54,308 bases of DNA, filler included, from Dirinaria sp. TL-2023a (GCA_051941275.1; 2 parts of 2 records of this genome joined end to end with filler, not necessarily neighbours in it), one strand, 5' to 3'. Shown: positions 11,621-25,118, counted from the whole stretch's first letter. Translations and numbers: made by a program. Notes: a model not told the origin generated them from the sequence alone.

Positions 11621-14482
11621 TCATCCGCTGACTTTTTGATAGAAAAGAATATAGGCAACCTTGTTATCTTTTACCACCGTGCGACCGACAGGAGTCATCT
11701 TTCCTGATGACTGGGTAGGCGTTGCGTTGCCATTAACGAGCCCAGACCATTTTCTGCCGGTCGTTGAAGAGCCAGACGATGTACCGTTGACTTGGCTCCA
11801 ACCCCTCTCAGCTGACATTGACTCCGCGTCCTCTAGCTGATCGTATAAATTACCCTTAGAGTTTTCGTCCATTTTGTGCTGCTCTAGAGCCGCAGCTAAA
11901 ATCCTTGGGTCTTCTTCACTTCCACCTTCAGCAACATCTTCACTACGGATTCTGCGAATGATGGTATCGTCAAGTCTGATCCACTCGCGGCCTTCTTGCC
12001 GGCGTACGTCGACGGTATAGTGGCCGCCACTCGCGTTCTTGCCGTGGTGGTAGACAACGCTGATCAGGCGATACCTAGGTAGGCGGCCATGAGCGACAAG
12101 CCCGCTACGCTTGTGCTGTGGGAAGACTTCCTTGGGAATCTCCAGTTCTAGAGGGTACCCGACCTTTTTCCAGATTTTCTGGGTCCCACCAGCATTATCG
12201 TACTGGAAGCGCTTAAGATGAAGGATAAGAACCTGTGGTAGGGTCTCAATTGTCACTTGTTTGGTGGCATTGCTTCCTGGTCCGCGCGGAGAGTTGAATT
12301 CCCCATGTAGCGTTTCGGCTTTAGTAAGACCTTTCAGCGCATCAATGATATTGTTTACACTGGGAGCACCAATGTCAAGCTGCAGTGGCTGATACGGTTC
12401 GAGGGTAACCGAGTTCTTCATACCAGGTACTCGCAACTCGGAACGCAGCTTGCCACCAAAGATTTTCGTGATTGGAGATTCGGTAGTGATTGCCCCAGAC
12501 GACCGCGTGATAGCAGCCTTTTGCTTGCGGCCAACCTCCATCCATTCGTCATCGACTGTCAAAGAAGAGCCAGACGCCTCGCTAGGAGCAGGTACAGCTC
12601 CATTGGTGGGCGTCGAAGCTCCGGACGAAGAAGTTTGAAACTTCATTGTGCGGCTGCATTCATCATGCATCTCTTCAAGTATAAACCCGAGAAATTCTTC
12701 GGCATCCTGCTGATGCCCCCTCTGCAACCGTCATTAGTTTTTGAACAAATCTGAAATGTGGCTGGAACTATTTACCCTCATGGATGAAAAACGCGGTAAG
12801 CGCCTAATGACCTCATATACAAACTCGGGAATGAAGGCTTCCCCATATTGCTCCAACTCGTTATCCTTCAACCGCATCTGCAGCTGTTTGACGGAGACCG
12901 CAGAATCGATAGCAGAGAACTCTCGCATAAACATTATCCTAGTAGCGCACTAATTAGCATCTAACGGTGACGTTGAGAGGACCACGAATATGCGGTGCAC
13001 TCACATGGCATCCATCAATGGTGTATCGTTCTTGAAGCTATGAGCAGCCCGCTTTCCAACTTGATCGAGAAAAGTGTAGAATGGAACGCAAAACACCAAA
13101 ACCTGCAGTATCTGCGGGTAGAAATCAGTAGGCATCAACTAGTGTTCCTGTGAACAAGAACTTACGGAATTCATATAGCACATGTTCCCAGTGTTGACGA
13201 GGCCACGGGGTTCAAGGAATGCAACTCTACTATTTTCATTCGCTCGCTCCACACTATAAGAGCTCAGTGCTTCGGAGAGAGAGCCCGCTTTGTTTGCAGC
13301 AAGGCCATTCGTCTGCGCGGCATTGGCATCTTCACAACTGGCTGTGGTGCTTTTGGGATGCGCCTTGGTTCGGACAAGATCCGCCCAAGACTTTGGTGTA
13401 GTCTTCGCTGGCTGAGATGACTCTGGCGCGGCTAGCTCCGCTGTTCCCACGCCATCGTCAGTTTTGAACTGAGCAGCGATGCCCACCGCACTGGTAAGAT
13501 GATCTGCATTGGTTGGTGGAGGCTCGATAGCTTTTGAGACTTCGGAAGTAGTGCTAGCAGGCGTGTGTTTCAGTGCCCGGGTAGGGAGAGGAATATTGGG
13601 AATGGCAGGAACGATTGTCGCCAAAGACGCCGCCGAACGGTGGGAGCTTTTTTGAGACTGCTTAGGCTGCAACCGAGGCTGTGATGATACGACTGCTGAA
13701 GAAGGCGTCGTTGGCTGTGTCGAGTCGGTATCTGAAGGGTCATAAGATGTAGTTGGTGTTTCAAGAGTATGAGTCGTTGGAGTAGCTTCTAAAGTTGAAG
13801 TTACTTCTGATACAGGAGGCTTCGCTTCTTCTTGAGATATCTGGTCTGGTAGATTGGATATATCACGAGAGGGCAATACAACGGGAATGCTTGGCGATTG
13901 TGGAGCGGGCTTTTTGCGACGTCGCTTGGTTCCTTTAGATGGAAAGGAGCCTTCAGGGAATGAGTACCAAGGCAGCTACGGACTAATAGTTAGCGTTGTT
14001 TGAGTGGTGGATACGGGAAATACAGGTCTTACCGGAGGATAATAGGGCATACGCTGGGTCGCTGGTAAAGGAGGTGGCGGTGTAGTTGCTACAGGATGTG
14101 GAGCTTGGACGAGAGTTGATGGCGGAACACTGAGCGACGTGTTCGAAGGTGCAGGAGAGACCATGCCTTGATGAGAGTGTACCGATGGACTTGATGGGGC
14201 ATGCTGCGGTATATGAGGACGGTGCTGCAATGGCGTAGGATTGCGTGGTGGCATAGGGTATGGCGCACTGTTGACCATTGACGGGTATTGCTGATATGGT
14301 CTTGGTATCGGCATACCCATGTGCTGATATTGTGGAGGATACCATTGTTGGGAGTAGTGCGAGGGAGGATACGGGTGAGAGTAGCCTTGGTAAAAGTGAG
14401 GTGGATGTGACTGTTGAGGAACGTAGCTCATATCATGTTGACGCCGAGGTATAGCGGGCTGCAGCGGTATGTGGGTGTTCAT
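11621..14482 (-). CDS. UBP3: Ubiquitin-specific protease Ubp3/USP10 family, 5 coding exons
   Basis: Cys box PRGLVNTGNMCYMNS|ILQVL, QQDAEEFL, LHLKRFQY and His box VYHHGKNASGGHYT. Long P/Q/S-rich N-terminus and PKSWADLV motif. Four GT-AG introns restore one frame. Confidence 0.9.
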
Positions 14483-14879
14483 GCCGCCTGCTCACTGCTG
14501 CCCGGCTGGCCACGTCGATTATCGACGAGGCAATATCTGTTAGATGGCTTAGGAAATCATTCTCCTGAAGTGTGGAATGCTCAGAAAAATTGGTGGCTTG
14601 TATAGTAGCGATATCGCGCTGACAGTTTCGTGTCGAGAGATTTTGGCAGATAATAGGAGGCTGAACTGTCAAATCAATTGCTCGCTCAACTATAGTTCTA
14701 GTCTATGGGCATGTAAGAGCGTGGTAAGACGTATGATTTTGCAGGGACATACCCTATGTGTGCTATTCCAGAGCACAGGTAGCTACAAAAAGGCTTTGTT
14801 GCTGACATAGAATCGATATGTGTGGAGACTGGGTGGCATGAGATGAGGTCCAAAAGCCCAGGCTTTGGACTTTCCCAGA

Positions 14880-14887
14880 CACGTGAC
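14880..14887 (-). promoter_or_regulatory. GTCACGTG E-box (Cbf1-type bHLH consensus RTCACGTG) in the UBP3/MAG2 divergent intergenic region
   Basis: CACGTGAC on the + strand; function is inferred from consensus match only. Confidence 0.4.
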
Positions 14888-15111
14888 ATGACCTCGACTC
14901 CTCTCTTAGGCTCTTACCGTCCGTCCTTAGTGAACTAGAGTAGACTGCAGTCAATGCCTACCTTAGTCACCCCAGTCCGGGGAGTCGGAACAATCTCGTA
15001 TGGATTTCAGTGTATGAATCACCTCATACCCTTTGGGTTTGACAGAGCTACTATTAGACTATCGGCTCTATCAGAAGCATTCATCTCATTCATATCTGGG
15101 AGGGGGTTATC

Positions 15112-17490
15112 ATGTCGTCTACTCTCCCGATAGCTACTTCCAAGAACTCGAACACATCGTCCCAGACTGCGCCATCTTCACAAAACCAGACAAATTCACT
15201 CGCAGCCTTCGACAGCCACCCGCAGCGACGAAGTGGTGGGTCTGGTAGCTTTGGATCTGGGGCTGTGTCACGCAATTCGCCCTCTACTCCTCGAAACAAT
15301 CAGTCGCTTCGAAAACAAAACAAAACCCAAAGGCGTCCAAGGCTTGCGGATGAGGATGCTATTGCTGAATCCGTACGCCACTTGTTTTTGCTATCATGGC
15401 TTTGCCTTCTACTCTTAGCTGATAATTCTGTACTCGTAGGCGGCTATGCAGTCTACAAGTAGCCGGAAAGGGCGGACTTCTATCACCCACCTCATGAACT
15501 TTACCTTGCCGCCTCGGCCTCAGAATCATCAACCTTACCACTATGGCCGGAATACAGGACGCAATCCTTCATGGGGTCTCGGTTCTGGTTATCACGCGGT
15601 CGACAAGGCCAGGTAGAGTAACGTTACTTTCAAGCGCTGTATCTCAATTCATAGGTTGTTAGGTACATTCATGCCAATTACCGGTTTTTGGTCGATCCTA
15701 GAGGCGACTACCGAGCCCAAGCTACAGATGCAGACGTGCATTTGGACTGGAGTAACGTGCTGCAGGTCATAGCCTCAGCCCAGTCTCAATCGTCGAATTG
15801 CCCTATCTGCTTATCGACACCAATCGCCCCGCGCATGGCAAAGTGTGGACACATCTTCTGCCTGCCTTGCCTCATCCGTTACATGCACTCCGCAGAAGAC
15901 GTTATCCCCTTCCCGGAGAAGAGGGTTCGATGGAAAAAATGCCCTATCTGTTGGGACAGCGTGTATATGTCGGAAATACGCCCCGTGCGATGGTTCATCG
16001 GTCTAGAAGGGGAGGGACCCCGCGATGGCGCAGACGTAGTCCTACGACTTATTGCACGGGGTGCAGGGAGTACGCTTGCTTTGCCCCGGGATGGAGCTGA
16101 GGCACAGGATAGGCTTGAGGATATCCCTTGGTACTTTGCCGCAGGAGCCGCTGATTACGCTCGTATGATGAAGGGCAGCGAGGATTTTATGATGGAACAG
16201 TACGAACGAGAGATCTCGGAGCTACAAATACAAGAGAAAGAAGACGAGCTATTGTTTGGTGACGACAGTATCTGGACTAGAAAAGCCGCTTCAGCCATCA
16301 ACGACGCGAAAGAGAAATTGAAAGGTGTTGGGAATCCGCCAAGCAAACAGCGGCCGGAGAAGAGGGTCAGGCATTCTGCAGTGAAGTATGATACAACCAC
16401 GCGTGGTGTACCAGTAGACCGCATTGATCCGCATACTATCAAGACTGAGCAGTCCTCACCAGATGGAATAACTTCTTTTCCAAAATCATCTGCCTCCTCG
16501 TCCTATGAAAATGCAGACCAGATGGACAAGGTGACAATGGACAAGAGCCTACACAACGACAAATCATTTTCGTTATCAGGGATAGAAGATTCATCAGGCC
16601 CTCAAGCTTCTGCATCTAAGAGTACTATCTCCCCAGCTCTCCGACATACCAGTGATCGAACATTCTACTTCTACGAAGCTTTACGCCATTACTACCTTTC
16701 GCCACTCGATATCCGGATCCTCAGAACGGCTTTTGGAGATTTTAGCTCTTTCCCTTCCACTATTCTAGCTCGTGTAGAGCGAGTATCTACGGGACATATT
16801 GTCGACGATGACTTGCGGAAACGAGCAAAATACCTTGCTCATCTTCCCCACGGTTGTGAAGTCGGGTTTCTTGAATGTGATTGGACAGACGTGGTTGGCC
16901 TTGATGTACTGAAAGGATTTGCACCGGAGATTGAACGGCGGAGGAAGAAGAACCAAGAGAAGGCACTCCGTGAGGAGAAAGAGCGATTACGAGCAGAGAA
17001 AGAAGAAGATGAGAAGCGATGGGCAACTGCGCGTCGAAGACGGCCGACACCACCGAGTGAAGTCGCCTTTGACGCCGACTTCCATCCATTGCCGTCGGTT
17101 GAGGAAAGACGGGAGAGTTCATCTTGGGACGAACCAGCCGCAGCTGCTCTGTCTCCACCGTGGCCCTCGTCACGGCAGCACACTGGTTCTGCTTTTGCTT
17201 CGCTCGCTTCTCCATCTACTAGCCCCGTTGCAAGCAGGACAGTATGGGGTACCGCAGCAGTAGCCCCAGTATCGCCGACGCGACCTCCCGCTCAGCCGGT
17301 TCAGGATGCCTCTGAAAACGATGGATGGCTCCAGAACTGGGAGCAAGATCTCTTACAAGAGGACGAGCTACTGGCCCAATTTGAAGCCCATTCAATCGAT
17401 GGCTCGAAAGCTGCGGGGCCATTGAACAACAAAAAGAAGAAGGGCAAGAAGATAACCCTCATGACCACGACAGCCCGACGAGGCGCATAG
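15112..17490 (+). CDS. MAG2: RING-finger E3 ligase Mag2/RNF10 family, 3 exons
   Basis: ITHLMNFTLPPRP motif and ARYIHANYRFLV. C3HC4 RING CPICL...AKCGHIFCLPCL...WKKCPICW; YYLSPLDIRIL; LRKRAKYLAHLP; C-terminal KKKKGKKITLM. Confidence 0.88.
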
Positions 17491-18143
17491 CGTCTGTTCA
17501 ACTGTATCTCCTCGTCACATGTCCGCTTGGACGAACAGGCGCGTTGATGGTGGTAGTGTTATACTTGGCAATGTGCATGTAGATGGGATCTGATGCAATA
17601 TGCGCTGCTTTAGCAAGAGCTAGAGTTCCAAATCGGATACGTTTATCCTTGATTGACAGTGATTGATTCAAAGTCTTCATTATTGGTGCCTCCGAAGATC
17701 TTGCGTACGCATCGAGAAATTGTGAGACTAGAATGTGAAATGAGAGCGCATAGAATGCCCAAGGTGAAGACGGGACATGGTCAATCAATCATAACAACAT
17801 CTTCAATGTGTTAAGTTAAAAGTAAGGTAGATACTCCCTGCTTACCTACCTACGGTAGTTTGTGTACATCCTCATCGCGCTAAAACAGCGATGACGCGAT
17901 GCAGCGAATACGGTAAATCTAAATTGCCGGCTTGCGTTCTCAAAGGTCCTTGTTCCTGATCTGCGTTCCTCCCTAGAACAATAATCTCCAATTCCTGTAC
18001 AACGTCCATTTCCTTCAATCCTCAGCTGGTAGCATTTCAGGAGTTTCGCACGTTGCGCGCGTCACGACAGTAGAGGCTTACGGTGGGTTATCATCTCTGA
18101 TCGACTCGGTCGAGACGCGTTCCAGCTTTTCTCGAGACACGCC

Positions 18144-20144
18144 ATGCCCACCACCCGACTCCAAGCGGGAGAATCCCCTAGGTAAGCCTATAGTCACTGT
18201 CCACTTGAATCGTTTCAGCTCAGATCCAGTAACTGTACGCGTAAGAGGAGGCTGATCAAAGCGTAGGAAAACCGAGCACCCTGGTTATGTGGAGACACCA
18301 CATCGTCAACGTCGTCCCAAGCGTCAATCCTCCGCACCGGACACGAAAAATGACGAGCTCGGTCCAAAGAGGCAAACAAGGTCGCGTCCAAGGACGGAAA
18401 ATGGAACCCTAATACAGAATGGCGCGATCAACGGAGTTGTTGGTAGACACGCAGTGCACCCGGAGACCCTTGATGCGTTGGAACAGAAGTCCGACCCACG
18501 TATCGATCACAGTCCCAGCTACGAGTTTGGGGGAACGTTGGGCGTTGGCGCGATGATGATTGGCTTTCCTTTGCTCATGTATTACATGTGGATTGGCACT
18601 ACGTACTACGACGGACATCTCCCTCTTCCAGCGGAGGGGCAATCCGTGTCGGATTTCGCGAAACACCTTGCAGTCTTGATACACGAGGGAGCGTTTCCGC
18701 ATGCCAAAGCCTGGGCGATATATTGGATTTTCTTCGTTTTTGAAGCACTTTGCTACATCTACCTACCAGGCGTGTATTCAAAGGGCAAACCGCTACCACA
18801 TGAAGGGGGAAAGCAGTTGACATACTACTGCTCTGGTGTCTGGTCATTCTATGTGACCATTGCGGTCGCGGCTGCGCTCCATCTCTCCGGACTATTCAAG
18901 CTCGAGACAATACTGGACGAATTTGGACCTATTATGACAGTTGCAATCATCAGCGGCTTCCTTGTCTCGGTGATCGCATATGCCTCCGCACTGTACCGTG
19001 GCGTTGAGCACAGGATGACAGGCCACCACATATACGACTTCTTCATGGGTGCGGAGCTCAATCCGAGGATGTTTGGAATCTTAGATTTCAAAATGTTTTT
19101 TGAAGTTAGATTGCCATGGTTCATTCTTTTCCTGATATCCTGCGCCGCTGCCACTCGGCAATATGACCAGCTCGGATGGGTATCGGGCGAGGTCGCTTTC
19201 CTTCTCATGGCTCATTTGTAAGGATATCCCATACCTTGGAAATGATCATTATGCAGCAGTAACTGAAGTTTTCAGCCTTTACGCCAATGCATGTGCAAAA
19301 GGGGAGGAATTGATTGTGACCACATGGTAAGTCAGCGTGCTTCAGTGCGCCATTATGTACTCATCGTGCGGATAGGGATATGTATTATGAGAAATGGGGA
19401 TTCATGCTCATCTTTTGGAACCTGGGTAAGTCATGGCCGCTGCTGTCAATTCATAGCGAACCTGATGATAACGATCCTAGCCGGTGTCCCACTTTCATAC
19501 TGCCATTGCACGCTCTACTTAGCAAACCATGCTCCATCCGTCTACAAGTGGAATCGCTTTGCGTTAATTGGACTTTATACGTCCTATCTCTTTGTGTACT
19601 GGGTCTGGGATACTGCGAACAGCCAGAAGAATGCACACCGGCACAGCGAACGGGGCACGTTTCAGGAGAGACGAACCTTTCCTCAACTGCCGTGGAAGCA
19701 TGTCAAGAATCCAACGATCATTGAAACTGATACTGGCGATTCAATCTTGGTAGACGGCTGGTGTATGTTTGCTTTCTCCAAGTCTACTGCAAACATTTCT
19801 CACATTTCAGCAGATGGACTTGCTCGAAAAATACATTATACAGCAGATGTAGGTACCCATGGGCCGACTCCACGCAATCAGCTGACCATTCGAGCAGCTC
19901 TACTTTTCTTTGACCTGGGGCCTTATCACTGGCTTCCAGAGTCCCTTCCCGTGGTTTTACCCAGTGTTCTTCACGTGCATGATCGTTCACAGAGCGCTTC
20001 GGGACATTGAACGGTGTCGAACGAGATACGGCAAGGCGTGGGAGGAGTATGAGAAGCGAGTGCCATATATATTCATTCCGGTGAGTTAATTCAGAATACC
20101 TGGAAGAGCGCTGAGGTAACAGGTTGTACCAGTACATCTTCTAA
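18144..20144 (+). CDS. ERG4: Delta(24(24(1)))-sterol reductase (ERG4/ERG24 family), multi-exon
   Basis: [74 protein letters not shown]; ends VPYIFIP|YIF*. Confidence 0.93.
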
Positions 20145-20499
20145 AACAGTAGATGAAAGATCGTCGTACATATAATTTTAATCTTAAAAAATACACGCGA
20201 CTGGAACCGAATGCGAGAGCGCCATTTTTTCAACCGCCGGTTCGAGGAGTAATCCTGCCGAAGCCCAAATTAACACTCATGACTTCACTCGCATGCCTTA
20301 TTCTTTTATTGCAATCGAATGTTGGCTTAACACGGACACGCTTGTTATTCGGCTGCAGTGTCATGTCATAGCCGGAGCGGGCCAAGGCGCCACTAACGCC
20401 GCGTGCATACGGTCTGGCGGGGTTGAAATGTCGAAAGCTCCCAAGTTGCGTCAGACACCGTTTTCTGCAATTGCGCTTGACATCAGCAGCAGATACAAG

Positions 20500-21745
20500 A
20501 TGCTTGTGACCGAGTCTTTCGAGGATGTTTCGACAGAAACCGGTCCAATGCGTATGAAGCTTGAATTCTTGGACTTTAGCTTCTCTAATTTGGGCAGGCA
20601 TCTTTCTTTACCATCCCACGATTGCGAACTACCCTCAAGCGCGTTTCCCTGGTGTCGTGGTCTTTAGCGAGATCTATCGTAAGCTACGACCGCTTTCATA
20701 TACTATATGTTCTTTCTTTCGTTGATGGCGATGGTACGGGGGACTCCTTGCGAGTTGCACTGCTCAATCATTTCGCATGATTCTCTCGTCTTGACTGCAC
20801 GAACGAACTAAGTCCGTGATACACTAGAGGTGACAGGACCGGTCGCTCGCTTTGCAAGGCAGATCTCAGGACTGGGCTATCTTGTAGCTGCGCCGTCAAG
20901 CTTTCACGAATTCGTAGGCCCGGAGCCACTGGCCTATGATGGCCCAGGCACGGATGCTGGAAACGACTACAAAATTAAGAAGGTGGGTCTACCCTTGATC
21001 ATATCTCCCTTCACGATTCTGCCCAGATCGTCAAGTCCATTTAAATTACGACCCGGCAAATTCGGCCTACCACGCTACGAGGGAAAACTCTTTGAGCGAC
21101 TAAGAATGAAGCTTGGGTTTTGATAGCCGCTTGGGTGACTTTTCGATACAGTTATAGCTGACGGGCATGTGCCACAGAAGCTCTCTGCATATGACTCTGA
21201 CGCGTCCGCGTCCGTCTCCCTCCTCCTTTCCCTCCAGACTTGCAATGGCCGCATCGGTGCCACCGGCATGTGCTTGGGTGGCCACCTGGCCTTTCGATGC
21301 GCTCTGGACCGGCGAGTTGCAGCGGCAGTATGCTATTTCGCAACGGATATCCACAGCCATTCCCTGGGCGAAGGCAAAAACGATGATAGTCTCGAACGAT
21401 CTGGGGACATTAAAGGGGAGTTGGTGATGATCTTTGGGAAGCAAGACAACCATGTCCCGCCTAAGGGAAGGGATATGATAAGGCAAGCGTTGCATGCGAA
21501 AGAGGTGTGCTTTAGCTTTTATGAGGTCGCACATGCGCAACGTATGCACTCCTTAGCATCGAACGCTGCAATGGATTAACGACGAGACAGACGCTTTCAT
21601 CAGAGATGAGCTAAGCAAAGGCCGGTATGATCCAGCGATATCCAAGATCTGCTTCGAGATGCTATTAGAATTATTCGCGAGAGCGCTCAAGACGGAACTA
21701 GGACCCAGAGTTGGAGGTGACCAAATCATCGAAGATGTATGCTAA
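20500..21745 (+). CDS. Dienelactone hydrolase family (carboxymethylenebutenolidase-like), 5 exons
   Basis: Spliced MLVTESFEDV...FPGVVVFSEIYQVTGPVARFAR...GATGMCLGGHLAF (G-x-C-x-G nucleophile)...QDNHVP...AQHAFIRDELSKGRYDPA. Confidence 0.9.
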
Positions 21746-21917
21746 TAATACTCGTGTACTTGGGATGCTTTGCAACAGTGAGCTTCCACATGCAGCAACT
21801 AGTTGCAGAGGTGATTTCCTGTCTTTCGGAAACACTTCGCTTCCGCGTTTAATGCGCTCCACAGCCAAGGCTGGTTTCCAGGCTTATGACCATCGTTGCT
21901 CCGAAGGAGAACAAAGA

Positions 21918-22586
21918 TCACATGTCCAGCAGTCTCACATATCGTTCCTCAACACTAGCGCTTATCTTTCTCATATCTTCGAGGGCTTTGCCTTCTAGCG
22001 TTTGTCGGAACTCCTCGCCTCTCTCCTGACCGCTCCATCCTATGAAAATCACCATCTCATGCCCTCTATCCTCCGATGGTTCAACCTTCCTACCCTGAGC
22101 GAAGCCATCGTGCATCCCGTGCATCTCCAGTCCCGTGCGCAACCCGACACTCGCGACGGCATAATCCTGCAGCTTCGCTGGTGACAAAGCATAACGGCCT
22201 ATACTCATCACAGGTGCTCTTAGAGGCAACCGTTCAATTGGCAAGTCGATGTGGAACATCCATTCCACATTAAGCTTCCCGACGACCAGCTGGAGAAGCG
22301 CCTGATTTTCAAAAGAAGGAAGAAATGTGGTGCGATGTTGGGCAACAGAGATCCAGGAGCCGATAATGTAGATCAGGTCGGGGTCTTCTAGGCAGATGTA
22401 GAGGTAGAAAGGGCGAGAAGCCCAGCTGCGCAGCACTCCAAGACAGTGCCTGAGCGCGGATTGAATGCTTGTATCGGAGATTTTTCCAGGTGGAATGAGC
22501 CGAAGCAGGGCGATTTCGGTTACAGGTGCTTCGTAATGAAAATTCAATGGCTGTGACAGGCCGGTAGCAGCGTCCGAAGCAGCCAT
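21918..22586 (-). CDS. Conserved fungal hypothetical protein, dimeric alpha/beta-barrel (ABM-like)
   Basis: Intronless 222-aa ORF with PVTEIALL, EDPDLIYIIGSW.SV.QH and EWMFHID, resembling fungal ABM-like barrel proteins. Confidence 0.6.
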   Translation of the reverse strand: MAASDAATGLSQPLNFHYEAPVTEIALLRLIPPGKISDTSIQSALRHCLGVLRSWASRPFYLYICLEDPDLIYIIGSWISVAQHRTTFLPSFENQALLQLVVGKLNVEWMFHIDLPIERLPLRAPVMSIGRYALSPAKLQDYAVASVGLRTGLEMHGMHDGFAQGRKVEPSEDRGHEMVIFIGWSGQERGEEFRQTLEGKALEDMRKISASVEERYVRLLDM

Positions 22587-24902
22587 AGCGGAGAGGACCT
22601 TAGAACAACGAAGGTTGAGAGGCTAGAGGACCTTATTGTACGGACACTAGTCTATACACCTCGATGATGCATATTTGCCACACTTTGTTTCTCTTTCTGC
22701 AAATAAATGACCTTCGTGTGCTTTACTTTCCTTCAATATCTGAAGCGGTGATGAATGTGATACCAATGCAACGATCTTGAAAATGCGGTTCTTTTCGAGG
22801 AGCTAGCTTGAGCTAGCCAAGTTGAGCCATCTATGGGGCCGAAATAGAAAAGCAATCAACCTGTAGAGAACTACTACATCTTTCTTGCCCGATTGTTCAA
22901 CCTCGGAACACAAATTTGAATACAAGTACGCTTAGATCAAAGAAAACCACAGTATTACAGACAATCAAGTTCTTTAAGTAGCAGGTCTCCCTGACAGCTC
23001 CAGCCGCGTACGTGGAGCTATCCTCTCAACAAGTCGGTGACCTTGAGTGCTCCTATCGGTTTAGCTGACTTTCCCTTCAAAGCAGGCATGTCCTTAATCA
23101 TGTGTGGGGTCACGGTCCGACAGCGGCATTTAAAGGCCAATATTAGATGTTAGAAGCAGTGATTGAAAAGCCTTCAAGAGGCCCGACTTGAGGCTTCAAA
23201 TACATCATTTGAACTTATTCAGTTTTACCAAGTTTTCACGACTGATCGACGATTGCGGATATCGTGGAGCTCTTGTACACGCAGCGTTTGAAAATTGAGT
23301 GGCAATGACATTTTATCACAGCAGATGGTGTACGCTCAAACCGTGGATAGTGTGCCGATAGTGGTTCTCTAAAAGAATCTCGTTCTCATCCCCCAGCAAT
23401 AAGAGTGTCGCTATCCACCCAAAATGCAACAGTAGAAGAGATCATGCTTGTCATCCGCTGAAAACGTAGTGAGGCGCATTAGAGACGCCCTACGGCATCT
23501 ACTCCACCTCCACCTCCCGCTGCAAAACCGACTATATCATGCCATGCCTATCGAAGCCGCGACGCAGTCGGGAGATCGGCTTGAATTGCATGACAGCATC
23601 AAACTGAATAAGATCTTTTTCAAAGCAGGATATGAAGAATTGGGAGAATCCAGCTCGTCAGGGAATTCCGGGATGGACTTAGACTTAAAAGCCACCCAAA
23701 CTCGCTGAGCCTCGGGAACCAGAGGCTGATACTAGAGAGCATCTTTCAAGTATTATGTGGAGGGCAAAGTACACAAGTGTCCGATCATATCTTGCGGGAT
23801 CGTCTTAAGATCTTCTCGAATTCCAGCTATGCTGCAGATCATTTTATCCGACGATTATCTGGTCCAAACCCGGTTTGCCCTTCAGAGCGATGATGGCCAT
23901 CAGTCTGAATGATACGTTCCACGCCTAATTCAGTGGATACTGTACGAAGACAATCTCTGAACGAAATGTAGGAGATTCGCTTGGGAGAAGACTGTGAATT
24001 GGTGAGTTTCTTTGACGTATGACACCCATTATTTTCGAAAACGATCTCAGCAGGCTGAAGCTCATCACAAGTCCCAATTCAAAGGTACAACGCTAGGAGA
24101 TTGATGTGACTCATGAGAAGATATGAGTTAGGAATGATATATCGCCTCATACTTTCGAAATTTCGCATCAAATCTGGCAATCAAGCGCGTTTGGAGCTCA
24201 ACCTGGTTCCATTCCTGTCGTACATAGACCACGATGGATTCAAACCAATGGAATTGAGTTCTCTTCATTGCAACAGGCTTGTCAACAATGAACTCTCAGT
24301 AGCACTAACAATGCATTGTCAACATTCAGACAACACTCACCCTTTGCATCCCACATCAATTTCATGCGATCGATATTCGTGACCGAGGATAAGACATATC
24401 TTAATCAATATATTTTCATCTCGCTGTGACCGGTGAACTACTTATGGAGGACGGAGACTCGGAGAGACATGCCACGGACGGAAGGACTTCGGGGAAATAA
24501 CACGCCGACGTCCCGAGTGATATTAATAGGTGGAAGCTCGTACACCATGCTTCAACCAGCTAAGTAAATGTGGCTAGAGCAAGCGAAAAGCAGTCCTAGC
24601 CAATCCACAGCCCCGAGTACCCGCTAGGCTGATGCAACTCCACGGGGGTAAACGTACCACCTCATTTCCCGCCGTGATCCAATCCTTTTCCACTCACGCC
24701 ACTTGGTCATCCTGGAAGGCTTGATAAGGTAAAGCGAAAATATCTCGAGCCTGGCGTTGTTGACGACCTCGGCGTCCCAGTATTACTTCTCATTGCAATA
24801 TTTCGAACTACTACTATCGAGGTATCCAGCCTGAGAGCACTGTTTGTCTTAACTTTACAGCCGACAGCGACTGCTCCGTTCAGGCTACACCGTTCGGGGA
24901 CC

Positions 24903-25118
24903 ATGGGCGGTCTTAGTCCATCTGTTATCGTCCTCCTGGTCATCATCGGTGCCGGTGCTGCGGTCGCCCTTGGATACGCTGTCTCCTTTCTCTTTTCGAG
25001 TCGTGACCAAGGCGGTCCTCCTCTCCAATCCGAAGAACAGACAAAGCACATGAGGGATGTTCGCCAACGCAATTACGACGACTTCTGGGAGATGGCACGA
25101 CTTACGCGACGCCAATGA
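24903..25118 (+). CDS. Small single-pass membrane protein (71 aa)
   Basis: Good start context (ACCATGG), one hydrophobic helix VIVLLVIIGAGAAVALGYAVSFLF, charged tail. Confidence 0.6.
   Translation: MGGLSPSVIVLLVIIGAGAAVALGYAVSFLFSSRDQGGPPLQSEEQTKHMRDVRQRNYDDFWEMARLTRRQ

Noticed and set aside
20679..21177. Longer introns in the dienelactone hydrolase gene as stwintrons or snoRNA hosts
   Set aside because: Single GT-AG excision restores the frame; no nested donor/acceptor reconstruction and no C/D or H/ACA boxes found.
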